From Spirochaetia bacterium (GTDB lineage Bacteria > Spirochaetota > Spirochaetia > DSM-27196 > Salinispiraceae), in the NCBI GenBank assembly GCA_038204425.1, contig JBBRCZ010000005.1, forward strand, positions 32,001 to 96,000: a stretch of DNA of 64,000 nt. Direction: 5' to 3'. The position numbers and the translations under genes are program-made. The notes beneath the pieces were generated by a model. It ran no database searches. It was not told the origin of the DNA and worked only from the letters and a program-made list of their open reading frames with translations. Below are positions 19,342 to 29,049 of this stretch, one piece after another (position 1 is the stretch's first letter; every line of letters starts with the position of its first letter).

Positions 19342-22080
19342 ATGGAACATTCAATGCTCGACATAATGTGGGTGATAATGGCTGCAAGCTTGGTTTTTGT
19401 TATGCAGGCCGGCTTTGCCATGGTAGAATCTGGCCTTACTCGCTCCAAAAATAGTATCAACGTAGCTATAAAGAATCTGACAGATCTTGGCGTCTCTTTG
19501 ATCGTATACTGGCTAGTGGGCTTTGGCCTCATGTTTGGACTGAGCTTTTCTGGCATTTTTGGCACTAGCGAGTTCTTCTTTGACAGCGGCGACGCCTGGC
19601 CAATGGTCTTTTGCCTTTTTCAGGCCGTGTTCTGCAGCACTGCTGCCACCATCGTGTCGGGCGCAGTGGCGGAGCGCATGCGCTATATTTCGTACATCTT
19701 TGCCACCATACTTATGGCGCTGGTGATCTACCCAGTATTTGGCCACTGGGCCTGGGGCGGCGCCTTGCAAGGGTCAGCAAGTGGTTGGCTGGCTAAGCTT
19801 GGCTTTGTTGACTTTGCAGGGTCTACCGTTGTGCACAGTGTGGGCGCTTGGGTAGCGCTGGCGATTCTAGTTATTATTGGACCTCGCGCCGGTCGCTACA
19901 AGAGCGATGGAACGGTTGCGCCCTTGAGCGGTAGTAACATCCCCATGGCAGTATTGGGAGTAATACTCTTGTGGTTTGGTTGGTTTGGCTTTAACGGCGG
20001 AAGCACTCTGGCAGCGAGTGAAAACGTAGCGGGGATAATCCTTCGCACTTGTTTGGCCGGTGCGGCTGGAATGCTATCTGCATTGCTAATCGGTTGGCCA
20101 CTACTCAAAAAACCCGACGTCAACTTAGTCATCAACGGCGCATTGGCTGGACTTGTTGCCATCACCGCTGGCTGCCACGCCGTCAGTGCGCCTCAGTCAA
20201 TCTTGATTGGTCTGGTTGCTGGCGTGCTGATGTTCGCAAGTAGCATTCTTCTCGACAAATTGCGCATAGATGATGCGGTTGGTGCAATTCCTGTGCACTT
20301 GGTAGCCGGCATCTGGGGTACCTTGGCGGTTGCAATTTTTGGCAATCCAGACATTTTAGGAACCGGCTTGAGCCCATTAGAACAGCTTGGTATACAGGGC
20401 TTAGGTATAACAGTTTGTGGTATGTGGTCGTTTGGCGTGGCTTGGTTAGTTGTAAAGCTTATCAATGCTATCACGCCAATTAGAGTAAGCCAAATAGACG
20501 AAGCCAATGGACTCAACAAAGCAGAACACGGAGTAAGCACCGAGATCTACGATCTATTCTCAGTATTGGATCAGCAAGCAAAAACGGGCGATTTGAGCCT
20601 ACGCGCGCCTGAAGAACCATTTACTGAGGCCGGACAAATTGCCGGGATGTACAACAACGTTATGAGCAAACTGGAAGCCGATACTATTGCCAAAGATGAA
20701 TACTTGCAGATACTGCACAATGTCAGTGACGGTCTTTTTTTGCTGGACCAAGATGGGGTTATTGGGCCGTATTACGCCGCTTCGCTCAACAAGATATTTG
20801 AAACAGATCAATTAGCAGGCCAAAAACTCAGCGCTGTTCTGGCACGTTTTGTGGCCGAAGAAACACGTGCAGTAGCCGAAGACTTTTTGCAGTCCTGCTT
20901 CGATTCAAGAATTGCTTGGCGTCATTTAGAAAAAATGAATCCATTGCTGGACGCCATGGCCTATTTTGACAACGGACAAGGTGATTTTTTGGAAAAAAAC
21001 TTGCAGTTTCTTTTTAGGCGCCTGGAAGACGGTAGTGTCGTTAAACGATTGTTAATTTTAGTACGTGACACAAGTGCCGAGAAAAATCTAAGCGAAGAGA
21101 TAGAAAAAACGCGCGAACTAGGCAAGCAGGAAATGGAAATGCTGTATCGCGTAATGCACGTTGAACCAAAGACTTTGCAAGAATTTCTTGACGGTCTACA
21201 TCGGGATCTTGAAGCTATAAATGGCCAGTTTAGGGCTGGAGAAGGCAATGTTCACGAAAGGCTCAGCCAGGTTTTTCGCTTAACACATGCCATAAAAGGT
21301 GACGCTGAGCTACTTCAACTTGATTTTATTGGTGGCAAAGCAGAAGAACTAGAGAATCGTGTGCGAGAACTTTTGAAGGTTTCTGAGCCCGGCGGAGAAG
21401 AATTTTTGGCACTGACCCTGCTGTATTCGGAACTTGCTTCGGCATCTACCAAACTGAGAGAACTTTTACAAAAATGGACTGGCTTCCAAGCGCAAACTCA
21501 GTCTATCGGATTTGATGGTTACTTGCGCCAATCTTTGGCCAGCATGGCCAGCCGTTTGGCAAGCCGCTACAACAAAGAGGTAAGTCTAGATGCAAGCGGC
21601 CTCAGTTTGCAGTTTTTGTCACCGCAACTGCGAAAGCCCATCAAAGATATCCTGGTGCAGTTTGTCAGAAACGCAGTGTTTCACGGTTTTGAGACGCCCG
21701 ATGTGCGTGGGAACCAAGGAAAGGCTAGCGCCGGCCTTATTCAAATTAGCGGGCTCCGCCAAGATAAAATGCTAGTTGTACGTTTTAGGGATGATGGCAA
21801 GGGACTTGACACGGGCGCACTACGACAAGAAGCGGTAAAAAGAGGCTTGATGGACAGTGCCAAAGCTAGTGCTATGAGTGAACGCGATGCACTGGGCTTA
21901 ATCTTTCAAAGTGGCTTTACCACGGTAGCGGTCGCAGATTCGGTGGCGGGCAAGGGTATAGGCATGTCACTGGTTCGCAGCTTGGTCAAGGAAACTGGTT
22001 CTAGCCTGAGTATGCGTACCAAAAAGGGTGCCTACACTGAGTTTGTTCTAAGTATTCCGTTGTCGGGAGCCAAGCAATGA
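19342..22080 (+). CDS. Ammonium transporter fused to HAMP, PAS, Hpt and CheA-type HATPase domains (no CheW domain)
   Basis: Amt: MQAGFAMVESG, FQAVF, GAVAER, DFAGSTVVH, GWFGFNGGS, DDAVGAIPVH. HAMP: GDLSLRAPEEPFTEAGQIAGMYNNVM. PAS: ILHNVSDGLFLLD. Hpt: FRLTHAIKGDA. HATPase: VRNAVFHG, DDGKG, IFQSGFTT, GKGIGMSLV. Confidence 0.92.
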   Translation: MEHSMLDIMWVIMAASLVFVMQAGFAMVESGLTRSKNSINVAIKNLTDLGVSLIVYWLVGFGLMFGLSFSGIFGTSEFFFDSGDAWPMVFCLFQAVFCSTAATIVSGAVAERMRYISYIFATILMALVIYPVFGHWAWGGALQGSASGWLAKLGFVDFAGSTVVHSVGAWVALAILVIIGPRAGRYKSDGTVAPLSGSNIPMAVLGVILLWFGWFGFNGGSTLAASENVAGIILRTCLAGAAGMLSALLIGWPLLKKPDVNLVINGALAGLVAITAGCHAVSAPQSILIGLVAGVLMFASSILLDKLRIDDAVGAIPVHLVAGIWGTLAVAIFGNPDILGTGLSPLEQLGIQGLGITVCGMWSFGVAWLVVKLINAITPIRVSQIDEANGLNKAEHGVSTEIYDLFSVLDQQAKTGDLSLRAPEEPFTEAGQIAGMYNNVMSKLEADTIAKDEYLQILHNVSDGLFLLDQDGVIGPYYAASLNKIFETDQLAGQKLSAVLARFVAEETRAVAEDFLQSCFDSRIAWRHLEKMNPLLDAMAYFDNGQGDFLEKNLQFLFRRLEDGSVVKRLLILVRDTSAEKNLSEEIEKTRELGKQEMEMLYRVMHVEPKTLQEFLDGLHRDLEAINGQFRAGEGNVHERLSQVFRLTHAIKGDAELLQLDFIGGKAEELENRVRELLKVSEPGGEEFLALTLLYSELASASTKLRELLQKWTGFQAQTQSIGFDGYLRQSLASMASRLASRYNKEVSLDASGLSLQFLSPQLRKPIKDILVQFVRNAVFHGFETPDVRGNQGKASAGLIQISGLRQDKMLVVRFRDDGKGLDTGALRQEAVKRGLMDSAKASAMSERDALGLIFQSGFTTVAVADSVAGKGIGMSLVRSLVKETGSSLSMRTKKGAYTEFVLSIPLSGAKQ

Positions 22081-23171
22081 ATAACCCTGACGGTCCAGTC
22101 TGCAATCACGAGCGCTGCAAGCTCAACCAGTTTTTTCACCACTCTCGAGAAGCCATGTTCATAACCGAGCGGGATGGCAGCTTTGTAGATGTCAACCCGG
22201 CTTTTGAGGATTTACTTGGTTACTCGCGTAGCCATCTTTTGACCAGTCAAGTCAGCTTGGTGCTAGCAAACGAAGATGATAGAGTCGACTATCAACGCAG
22301 CATCGAAACCGATGGTGTGGTACATGACTACCCAATAGCCCTGCGACACCAAGATGGCACACTCTTGTTTGGCATGATTGACGCCATTGTATGGCGCTCC
22401 AATGGACGAATAGCTGGCTACCACGGCATAATCCGCACACGCGCTGCACTTATGGAGTCGTTTCGCAGCTATCTCAACCGACTCAAAGCTGAGAAACATC
22501 AAGTGAGGCAAGAGCGCCGCAATCTCATTTCTGATACGCAAATGCTGACCCGCTATTTGACTGATGACTTGATTGAATACATCAAAAAAACTGGCCGCAA
22601 TCCACTAGAAACCAGCCAACAAAGGGTGAGCGTCTTGTTCTTTGACATTCGCAACTCAACCGGAATTGCCGAAAAGCTTAGCCCGGATCAGTTTGCTTCT
22701 TTTTTGAGTGACATCCTGACCGACATTATGGATCTAATTTACGGCTGCCAAGGCTCGGTTAATAAAATACTGGGCGACGGCATTATGGCTACCTTTGGTG
22801 TGCCACTCTCTACAGGTACCGACTCTTTTCATGCTGTTGAGGCGGCTTTGCACATTCGGGACTACCTCAAGACTTTTAACGATGTTAGGCCCGATTTTCT
22901 CATACAACCAGTTGCTGCCGGCATTGGCATTGCAACCGGAACGGTCTTCGCCGGTGTTATTGGATCGGTTAGACGGCAAGAATACACCGTACTTGGTGAC
23001 GCAGTAAATATCGCTAGTCGATTGGAGTCTCTCACCAAACAAGCAGGAGAAACTATACTACTCGACGAAACCACTTTTCAAGAGGTGCGCGAAACCTATG
23101 CCTGTCGCCCGGTTCTGGAAGGTCGCCTGCGGGGTCGAGAAGAAGAAGTGCGTATTTACGGCATAAGATAG
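22077..23171 (+). CDS. Soluble PAS-domain class III adenylyl cyclase
   Basis: PAS (VNPAFEDLLGY), coiled coil, FFDIRNST, NKILGDG, EYTVLGDAVNIASRLE (Lys/Thr specificity pair); ATGA overlap with the Amt kinase. Confidence 0.9.
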   Translation: MNNPDGPVCNHERCKLNQFFHHSREAMFITERDGSFVDVNPAFEDLLGYSRSHLLTSQVSLVLANEDDRVDYQRSIETDGVVHDYPIALRHQDGTLLFGMIDAIVWRSNGRIAGYHGIIRTRAALMESFRSYLNRLKAEKHQVRQERRNLISDTQMLTRYLTDDLIEYIKKTGRNPLETSQQRVSVLFFDIRNSTGIAEKLSPDQFASFLSDILTDIMDLIYGCQGSVNKILGDGIMATFGVPLSTGTDSFHAVEAALHIRDYLKTFNDVRPDFLIQPVAAGIGIATGTVFAGVIGSVRRQEYTVLGDAVNIASRLESLTKQAGETILLDETTFQEVRETYACRPVLEGRLRGREEEVRIYGIR

Positions 23172-23261
23172 TTTCTTGCATAGTTAAATTGGCAACATTC
23201 GCTTGCCAAAATGTAAAGCTTACCTTACATTTTAGCGTATGCACTTGGGGGTGTTATAGGA

Positions 23262-24563
23262 ATGATCAAGCGAAGCAGACTCTCCATATATACGTTTATT
23301 GCGGTATTTAGTTCTATCTTAATCGTTGGCACGCTTGCGATGCCTTTGGCCTTGGATAGTATTCAAAAAAACTACATTTCCATCCAAGCAGACGTTAACG
23401 CCCGTCAAGCAAAAGCTATGGCTCAGTTTATTCGCTCACGCGTGGCTCAAGGCGTAAGTCGTGAGCAGGTGATCGAGGACTTCCAAGCAAGCATCCAAGG
23501 CAGTGCCACCGAACGTGGTTATGTCTGCATTGTGGACCGCATAAGCACCAATTTTTTGTGTCATCCCATGACTTCGATGCTTGGCCAATCGGTGGCGGTT
23601 AAAAAAGCGGTCTTTGACCGTAGTTTTAACCGCAATCAATTTGAACCTTGGGAACAAGCTATCACGAACCCGCAAAGTGGGAGCGGACTTTTGGCTTTTG
23701 ACAACTTTAAGGCCGAGGAAGTTGTCCACTCAGAAGTTATTGAAGAACTTGGTTGGGTTGTAAATTCTCATGAGAACACAGAACGAGTCCAAACCGAAAT
23801 AGCAAACATCCGCACCTATGTTGTCATCGGCGCTGCTATTTTTGCTTTTCTTTTGGCGTTTCCAATTTCGTTTGCTGTGCGATCGGTTAGCCGCAGATAC
23901 GAAAGACAAATCGAACATAGCAACATGCTGATTGCTGCAGAACAAGAAAAAGCTGACAACTTGCTGCTTAACATCTTACCTTCTTCTATTGCTCGTCGTA
24001 TGAAAGACGGCCAAAAAATTATCGTCAATCACTTTGAAAAAGTAGGCATCCTGTTTTGTGACATAGTCAACTTTACGCGATTTTCTGCGCGCACTACGCC
24101 AGACAACGTGGTTCGTTTGCTCAATCGCATTTTTTCTGACTTTGACGCCCTGTGCAACAAATATGGCATAGAAAAAATAAAGACTATCGGCGACGCCTAC
24201 ATGGCAGTTGGCGGACTACCGCTCGCGAGTGACAGGCCCTTGCAAAGACTGGCCGACCTTGCTTTGGAAATGCTTACAGTTGTTGAGAAGCTCGACCTAA
24301 ACGTGCAAGTGCGTATCGGTTTGCACGTTGGAGATGTAGTTGCAGGAGTAATTGGTACCAACAAGTTTAGCTACGACCTTTGGGGCGACGCGGTCAATGT
24401 TGCATCAAGACTAGAATCCAGCGGTCAAAAAGGCCGAGTGCACGTTAGTCAAGAAGTCAAAGATGTACTTGGAGACGCGTATAGCTTTGTAGACAATGGC
24501 TTAGTTGCGCTCAAGGGTAAAGGCAAACTCCAAACCTGGTTTTTAGAAAAGAAACCAGTTTAA
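23262..24563 (+). CDS. Membrane class III adenylyl cyclase with periplasmic Cache-like domain
   Basis: 2 TM segments around an extracytoplasmic domain (GYVCIVD..FLCHP); LLLNILP, FCDIVNFT, IKTIGDAYM, YDLWGDAVNVASRLES (Lys/Asp pair). Confidence 0.9.
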   Translation: MIKRSRLSIYTFIAVFSSILIVGTLAMPLALDSIQKNYISIQADVNARQAKAMAQFIRSRVAQGVSREQVIEDFQASIQGSATERGYVCIVDRISTNFLCHPMTSMLGQSVAVKKAVFDRSFNRNQFEPWEQAITNPQSGSGLLAFDNFKAEEVVHSEVIEELGWVVNSHENTERVQTEIANIRTYVVIGAAIFAFLLAFPISFAVRSVSRRYERQIEHSNMLIAAEQEKADNLLLNILPSSIARRMKDGQKIIVNHFEKVGILFCDIVNFTRFSARTTPDNVVRLLNRIFSDFDALCNKYGIEKIKTIGDAYMAVGGLPLASDRPLQRLADLALEMLTVVEKLDLNVQVRIGLHVGDVVAGVIGTNKFSYDLWGDAVNVASRLESSGQKGRVHVSQEVKDVLGDAYSFVDNGLVALKGKGKLQTWFLEKKPV

Positions 24564-24623
24564 GGTCGCTCTTTTAAAAGCCACACTTCTGCCGGCGCGG
24601 TAAACAAGGCAAGAGGTGGATTT

Positions 24624-25508
24624 ATGTTTCTAAAGTTTTGTCGCCGTGTAGCGGCGCTCTTGGCACTCAGCATGCTGAGCATGGTCTCTGGGTCGTGTGG
24701 CGGACCCAATCTGGTTCCAATTGCAACAGGCGAGATACCAACAGTCTCTACAGGCATTGCCATCACCATTCAGAGCACTAGCTCACGAGCGGTGCTGGTT
24801 CCAGAGCAGTCTTCTATTCTAGCCAACACCTGGGAAGTCATTATCTTGCAAAACGAGATTATTGTCTTTACTACAGCATTGGAGGCTGGTAGCAACTCGA
24901 TTGTGGCACTCGAGCCTGGACTTTATGATTTGGTTGTACTGGCAGGCTATCGCAAGTCAAGCAGCTCTAGCACTACAAGTCTATTGGGCAGTGCGTCCAC
25001 CGACAACCAAGTCCAAGTGATTGCCGGAGCAGTAAGCACTGTTTCATTGGCACTGAAAGCAATTGATTTTGAATTTGCTGTTCCAAGCCAAGTCGACCAG
25101 GGCTCACAACTTAGTCTCAGTGTAAGCGGTCAAAGCCGTAACTACCGGCTTGGTATGTGCCTGACTGGTTCTACAAGCGAACGCCCGCGGCTTCGCTCTA
25201 GCTACCTTTGGAACGGCTACCAGGACTTCATCTCAGTTTCTGGAAGTCCAAGTGACTGGGTGGCTACCACCAGTCTTGCGCTGAACAAGCCAGCTGGCAT
25301 CGCCGACCTCGACTTTAATGGAGCCTACATTAGTTTATGCAACTCAGGCGCAGCTGACGGCTCACTATATCAACGTACGCGCTACATCTGGAAATGGCTC
25401 AATCGCTACGACATGGCGGACGACGGCCCACTGACCAGCCTTGTTTCGCGGCAAATACAGATCAATCCGCCGTCGACCGGCGTCAACATAGGCATAGGAT
25501 GGGAGTAA
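24624..25508 (+). CDS. Hypothetical lipoprotein, beta-rich
   Basis: Basic N-terminus, hydrophobic core and SGSC lipobox; 294-aa ORF. Confidence 0.7.
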   Translation: MFLKFCRRVAALLALSMLSMVSGSCGGPNLVPIATGEIPTVSTGIAITIQSTSSRAVLVPEQSSILANTWEVIILQNEIIVFTTALEAGSNSIVALEPGLYDLVVLAGYRKSSSSSTTSLLGSASTDNQVQVIAGAVSTVSLALKAIDFEFAVPSQVDQGSQLSLSVSGQSRNYRLGMCLTGSTSERPRLRSSYLWNGYQDFISVSGSPSDWVATTSLALNKPAGIADLDFNGAYISLCNSGAADGSLYQRTRYIWKWLNRYDMADDGPLTSLVSRQIQINPPSTGVNIGIGWE

Positions 25509-25541
25509 AAACAGCTGTGCAAGACAGGGGAATAAGGTCAA

Positions 25542-25920
25542 CTACAAGATGTTGAATGCATTGACTCTACTGGCTCCCGACACCACTAAACTTGTCGCTG
25601 CTGTTTCGTTAGAGCCATTTGCGTTGACCGAGCTTGCGTACATCAAGATAGGGCAGAAAATTTTAGTCAACAACCATTTCTTCCGTGCTTTTATTTGATT
25701 AACTAATGTTTGCGGCAATGGCACTGGAAATGTTTATTCTGTCGAAGGAACCTAAGTTATAGTCTTGCCTAACTACAACGACGCTCGGCATAACTGCAAA
25801 TAGGCAAGAACTCAGACTGGTAAAAAATACTAGTCCTAACAAAGCCAAACGAAAAATTGCCTGGCGGTTTAAACCGCCGGACTGATTTCTGCCCGGCGCG
25901 CCTTTTGCATTTTTTCTCAT
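25542..25920 (-). pseudogene. Fragmented lipoprotein resembling DUF2807/GIN-domain proteins
   Basis: LSSC lipobox, RQDYNLGSFDRINISSA*, then out-of-frame SVNANGS..LVVSGASRVNAFN. Confidence 0.5.
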
Positions 25921-25945
25921 TGTAACCATACGTAAGTCCTTGGCC

Positions 25946-26098
25946 CTCGTTGAGGGTCACTTTGCCGTCACCATTGGCATCTGCCGCACCGTCCAAGTCC
26001 TGCATTAAACTACACCTACGGCGCGCGTCATTTATGGCCCACAAGAGCCGTTGTCGTTCTTGCCCACCATTGTTGGCACCAACAAAAAGCGCGATTCT
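25946..26098 (-). pseudogene. Caspase-family (peptidase C14) gene with catalytic core deleted
   Basis: RIALFVGANNGGQERQRLLWAINDARR (N-terminal motif) runs straight into DLDGAADANGDGKVTLNE (C-terminal motif). Confidence 0.7.
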
Positions 26099-26103
26099 CT
26101 CAA

Positions 26104-26425
26104 CTATTCCGCTGGACTCAGATTGAGCTTAAAGTGGTCTTCGAGTTTCAATTGCCAGTTTGACCGTTTGAGAATGCTAGTAATCTGCAAACAAGTTTGA
26201 TCGACCGGGATTTCGCTACTGGCAGTAATAAAGTAGAAATTTTCAAAACCTGGTTCGTCATCAAACTGATAGGCGTACGGCAATAGAACTGAACCTTGCT
26301 GCTTGCCTTCACTCGTTGTATGTAGTGTTGATGGATAGCGTAGTGTCATATGCTGACTTCCATCAATGGAAATAATGATGCCAAATGGGCTACCATTTGC
26401 GACATACAATACTTGCCGCTTGTCT
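26104..26425 (-). pseudogene. DUF4384-like domain of an anti-sigma-type gene, N-terminus missing
   Basis: DKRQVLYVANGSPFGIIISIDGSQHMTLRYP..LLPYAYQFDDEPGFENFYFITAS. Confidence 0.6.
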
Positions 26426-26509
26426 ACGCTCTACTTGGACAAAGACCTCTTGCATGGTGTCCATCAGTGCTTCCTGATCCTTGAGCAAAAACTTACAACG
26501 CCGCAGCAC
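26420..26509 (-). pseudogene. ECF sigma factor region-2 fragment
   Basis: VLRRCKFLLKDQEALMDTMQEVFVQV (DxxQEVF motif) after a GGAGGA RBS; the rest of the gene is absent. Confidence 0.65.
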
Positions 26510-26654
26510 CCTAGTTCCTCCGGAATCTGTCAAGACTGGTTTTACCCGCTTTCTTTGAGTACCAAAAACGTATATCTTATGTTCTGATCGTTGGTTTGAT
26601 GGAAAAACTACGGTTTGATTAGCGTCCCCAAAATCACGGATAGGAGATTCTCAG

Positions 26655-27641
26655 GTGCGAAAAGACTTTCTTCTCAAAGACAACAAGATGACTGCCTGTG
26701 CTGCAAATGAATCCACAGTAATGATATTTACTAATCCCGACACAAACGAAAGAGAATGGCTGGCCGAGGCTTTTGACATTTCTGCTCATACACTTAGCTC
26801 AGCAATCGATCATGACGAGCAAGGTCGCCTTGAGGTGGGCCCAAATCACATTTCGCTTATTCTCAAAATACCAAAAAACTATTGCTCAGAAGACAATTTT
26901 GTTTTTAGAGTTTTATCGTTGGGCATGTTTCTCTTTAAGGATCGGCTCATCATCGTTTCTCCCAACGAGAACGTCCCTTTGGACGAAAGCTCTTCGATAC
27001 ACGTCATCAATGACCCCATAGATATTGTACTTAGAGTCTTTGGTGGCACCATTTCCCATTTTTTGGGGCACCTAAAGGTCATCAACCTTTTGTCAGAAGC
27101 CCTTGAGAAAAAAGTCACCAACTCTATGGCAAATGAGCATCTCTTGGATATGTTCACTATAGAAAAGAGCTTAGTCTACTACCTAAACGGCCTGGGTTCT
27201 AATCAAAGCCTAATGGAAAAGTTTAAACTCAACGCTAAGCGCATTGGACTTGATGATGACCACCTAGAGTTTTTGGACGACATCATCATCGACAATGCGC
27301 AGTGCAACAAACAAGCCGAAATTTATTCCAATATTTTAACCGGACTAATGGAAGCGCGTGGATCAATTGTAAGCAACAATCTCAACTTGTTGATCAAACG
27401 ACTAACCATCGTCAACGTGGTTTTTATGCCACTCAATCTGATTGCCAGCATGGGCGGAATGTCTGAGTTCTCTCAAATGACCCTCGGGGTCCCCTTTTGG
27501 ATCAGCTACCTGCTTTTTGCTTTTGGTATTACCATTATTGGCTTTTTTACCTTTTTTTTGGTCAGACGCTATTCGGGAGATAACAAGGTTCAGCGCCATA
27601 GGCCCAAACAGCACAATCTAAGACGACGAGCGCGGGATTAG
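26655..27641 (+). CDS. corA: CorA-family Mg2+/Co2+ transporter
   Basis: NNLNLLIKRLT..FMPLNLIASMGGMSE (GMN variant) and two C-terminal TM segments. Confidence 0.88.
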   Translation: MRKDFLLKDNKMTACAANESTVMIFTNPDTNEREWLAEAFDISAHTLSSAIDHDEQGRLEVGPNHISLILKIPKNYCSEDNFVFRVLSLGMFLFKDRLIIVSPNENVPLDESSSIHVINDPIDIVLRVFGGTISHFLGHLKVINLLSEALEKKVTNSMANEHLLDMFTIEKSLVYYLNGLGSNQSLMEKFKLNAKRIGLDDDHLEFLDDIIIDNAQCNKQAEIYSNILTGLMEARGSIVSNNLNLLIKRLTIVNVVFMPLNLIASMGGMSEFSQMTLGVPFWISYLLFAFGITIIGFFTFFLVRRYSGDNKVQRHRPKQHNLRRRARD

Positions 27642-27642
27642 T

Positions 27643-28593
27643 ATGCCAGTGCAAATAACTGATCCGCAAAATCTAAGACCACTGTCTTGGCCTTCCTTTA
27701 TGCCGGAAACCTTACCAGACTACGAAGCGCTATTGGCATCAATTCCTGAACACCGATACCAAAATATTAACGACTATCGCATAAGCCTCTACAGTTTTGG
27801 CAGGGAAAATGCGCCAATCACGCTGCTATTTCTGCATGGTTTTGCAGGGCAAGGTGCAGAGGCCTTAAGTCTTGGTCGACATTTGTCAGCTGATGGTCAA
27901 ATTAGAGTGCTTGCACCAGACTATCCTGACTGTGGCTTTTCACAGCTCTGTCAGACCAGCCCTGGCATGGATGGATTTGTTGCTTTTACCCAGAGCTTTA
28001 TTGACTGGGCAGCAGCATTGGCCAAAAAGAACAAAAGTCGCTTGGTGCTCTCCGGCCATTCAACAGGGGTGCAGATGATCTGCAATGCATTACTAGACAC
28101 TAGCTATCAAGCTCCCTCAATCCACAGGCTTATTTTTGTGGCACCAAATGGTTTGCAAGGGGAGGAAGGCCCAATGCTCAAGCTACGAGCTCGCTGGCTC
28201 ACCAAACTTGCAAAACCTTTTTTTAACCATGGGATCTATCGAAGTCTTGCAAAATTTAGGGTCTACTACCAGATCAAAAATGTTGATCCAGTCATTCTCC
28301 AGTTGGGACTTGCCAGTATGTTTAGACCCGGTGCTTGGGAAGCCTCCGAGAACTACCTACTCGATACTATTGGTCACGATCCACTCGACGGCCGATTGGC
28401 TGCCCTCGACCAAGCCACGCTAATTTTGTGGGGCCGCAAAGATAAAGTGCTCAACTTCTCGTATTCTCAGACCTTTTTGGCTCAACTGCCCAACGCCAAG
28501 CTAGTAAGCGCCGATAAAACTGGCCATGGCCTGCACAGTGAAGCAGCCGCATGGGCAGCAAATCAGATCAAAGATTTTCTATTTAAAAGCTAG
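27643..28593 (+). CDS. Alpha/beta hydrolase
   Basis: FLHGF, APDYPDCGFS, GHSTG nucleophile, WGRKD, GHGLH. Confidence 0.88.
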   Translation: MPVQITDPQNLRPLSWPSFMPETLPDYEALLASIPEHRYQNINDYRISLYSFGRENAPITLLFLHGFAGQGAEALSLGRHLSADGQIRVLAPDYPDCGFSQLCQTSPGMDGFVAFTQSFIDWAAALAKKNKSRLVLSGHSTGVQMICNALLDTSYQAPSIHRLIFVAPNGLQGEEGPMLKLRARWLTKLAKPFFNHGIYRSLAKFRVYYQIKNVDPVILQLGLASMFRPGAWEASENYLLDTIGHDPLDGRLAALDQATLILWGRKDKVLNFSYSQTFLAQLPNAKLVSADKTGHGLHSEAAAWAANQIKDFLFKS

Positions 28594-28655
28594 TCTTGGG
28601 GCTACTTTTGTTTTTATAAAGGCAAGTAAACTTTTGTATTCCCGTCCTCTCAACT

Positions 28656-28955
28656 TCAAAGATTTAAAACGGAAACTTCTTGACCTTTCGCAGGCATTTC
28701 TGCTAACAGTGGCATAGCCTCTGAGATGAGTTTTCCAACACCTTCTACGGCGAGAGATGCCTCGTGATCTTCTTTTGTTTCCCAAATCTCCGTGATGAAG
28801 ACCGCATTGACATCAGCGTTACTATGTCCTACAGCATACATCTCACAACCCTTAGCTTTTGCCCGCATTAGTTCTGAGGCTTTAAGCATTATGGTTGTTA
28901 GCTCATCCAGCATACCTAGCTTTGCGGTCAATTTTCCTTGTAGCAAGTATTTCAC
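28656..28955 (-). CDS. Antibiotic biosynthesis monooxygenase (ABM) family protein
   Basis: GCEMYAV, VFITEIWETKEDHEASL; GTG 28955 with GGGAG RBS. Confidence 0.85.
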   Translation of the reverse strand: MKYLLQGKLTAKLGMLDELTTIMLKASELMRAKAKGCEMYAVGHSNADVNAVFITEIWETKEDHEASLAVEGVGKLISEAMPLLAEMPAKGQEVSVLNL

Positions 28956-29020
28956 AGCCTTTTCTCCCTTTCCAATCGGCTGCCTTGATTTTGATTTCCA
29001 GCAACGCAATTCTTTAGTCG

Positions 29021-29049
29021 AATGTAGAATCAGCTTATTTTGCTGTCAA
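29021..29049 (-). promoter_or_regulatory. sigma70-like promoter for the ABM gene
   Basis: Minus strand TTGACA-17 bp-TACATT. Confidence 0.55.

Noticed and set aside
23189..23209. Possible second sigma54 promoter (TTGGCA...TTGC)
   Set aside because: GG-to-GC spacing is 2 bp too long; better read as an inverted repeat.
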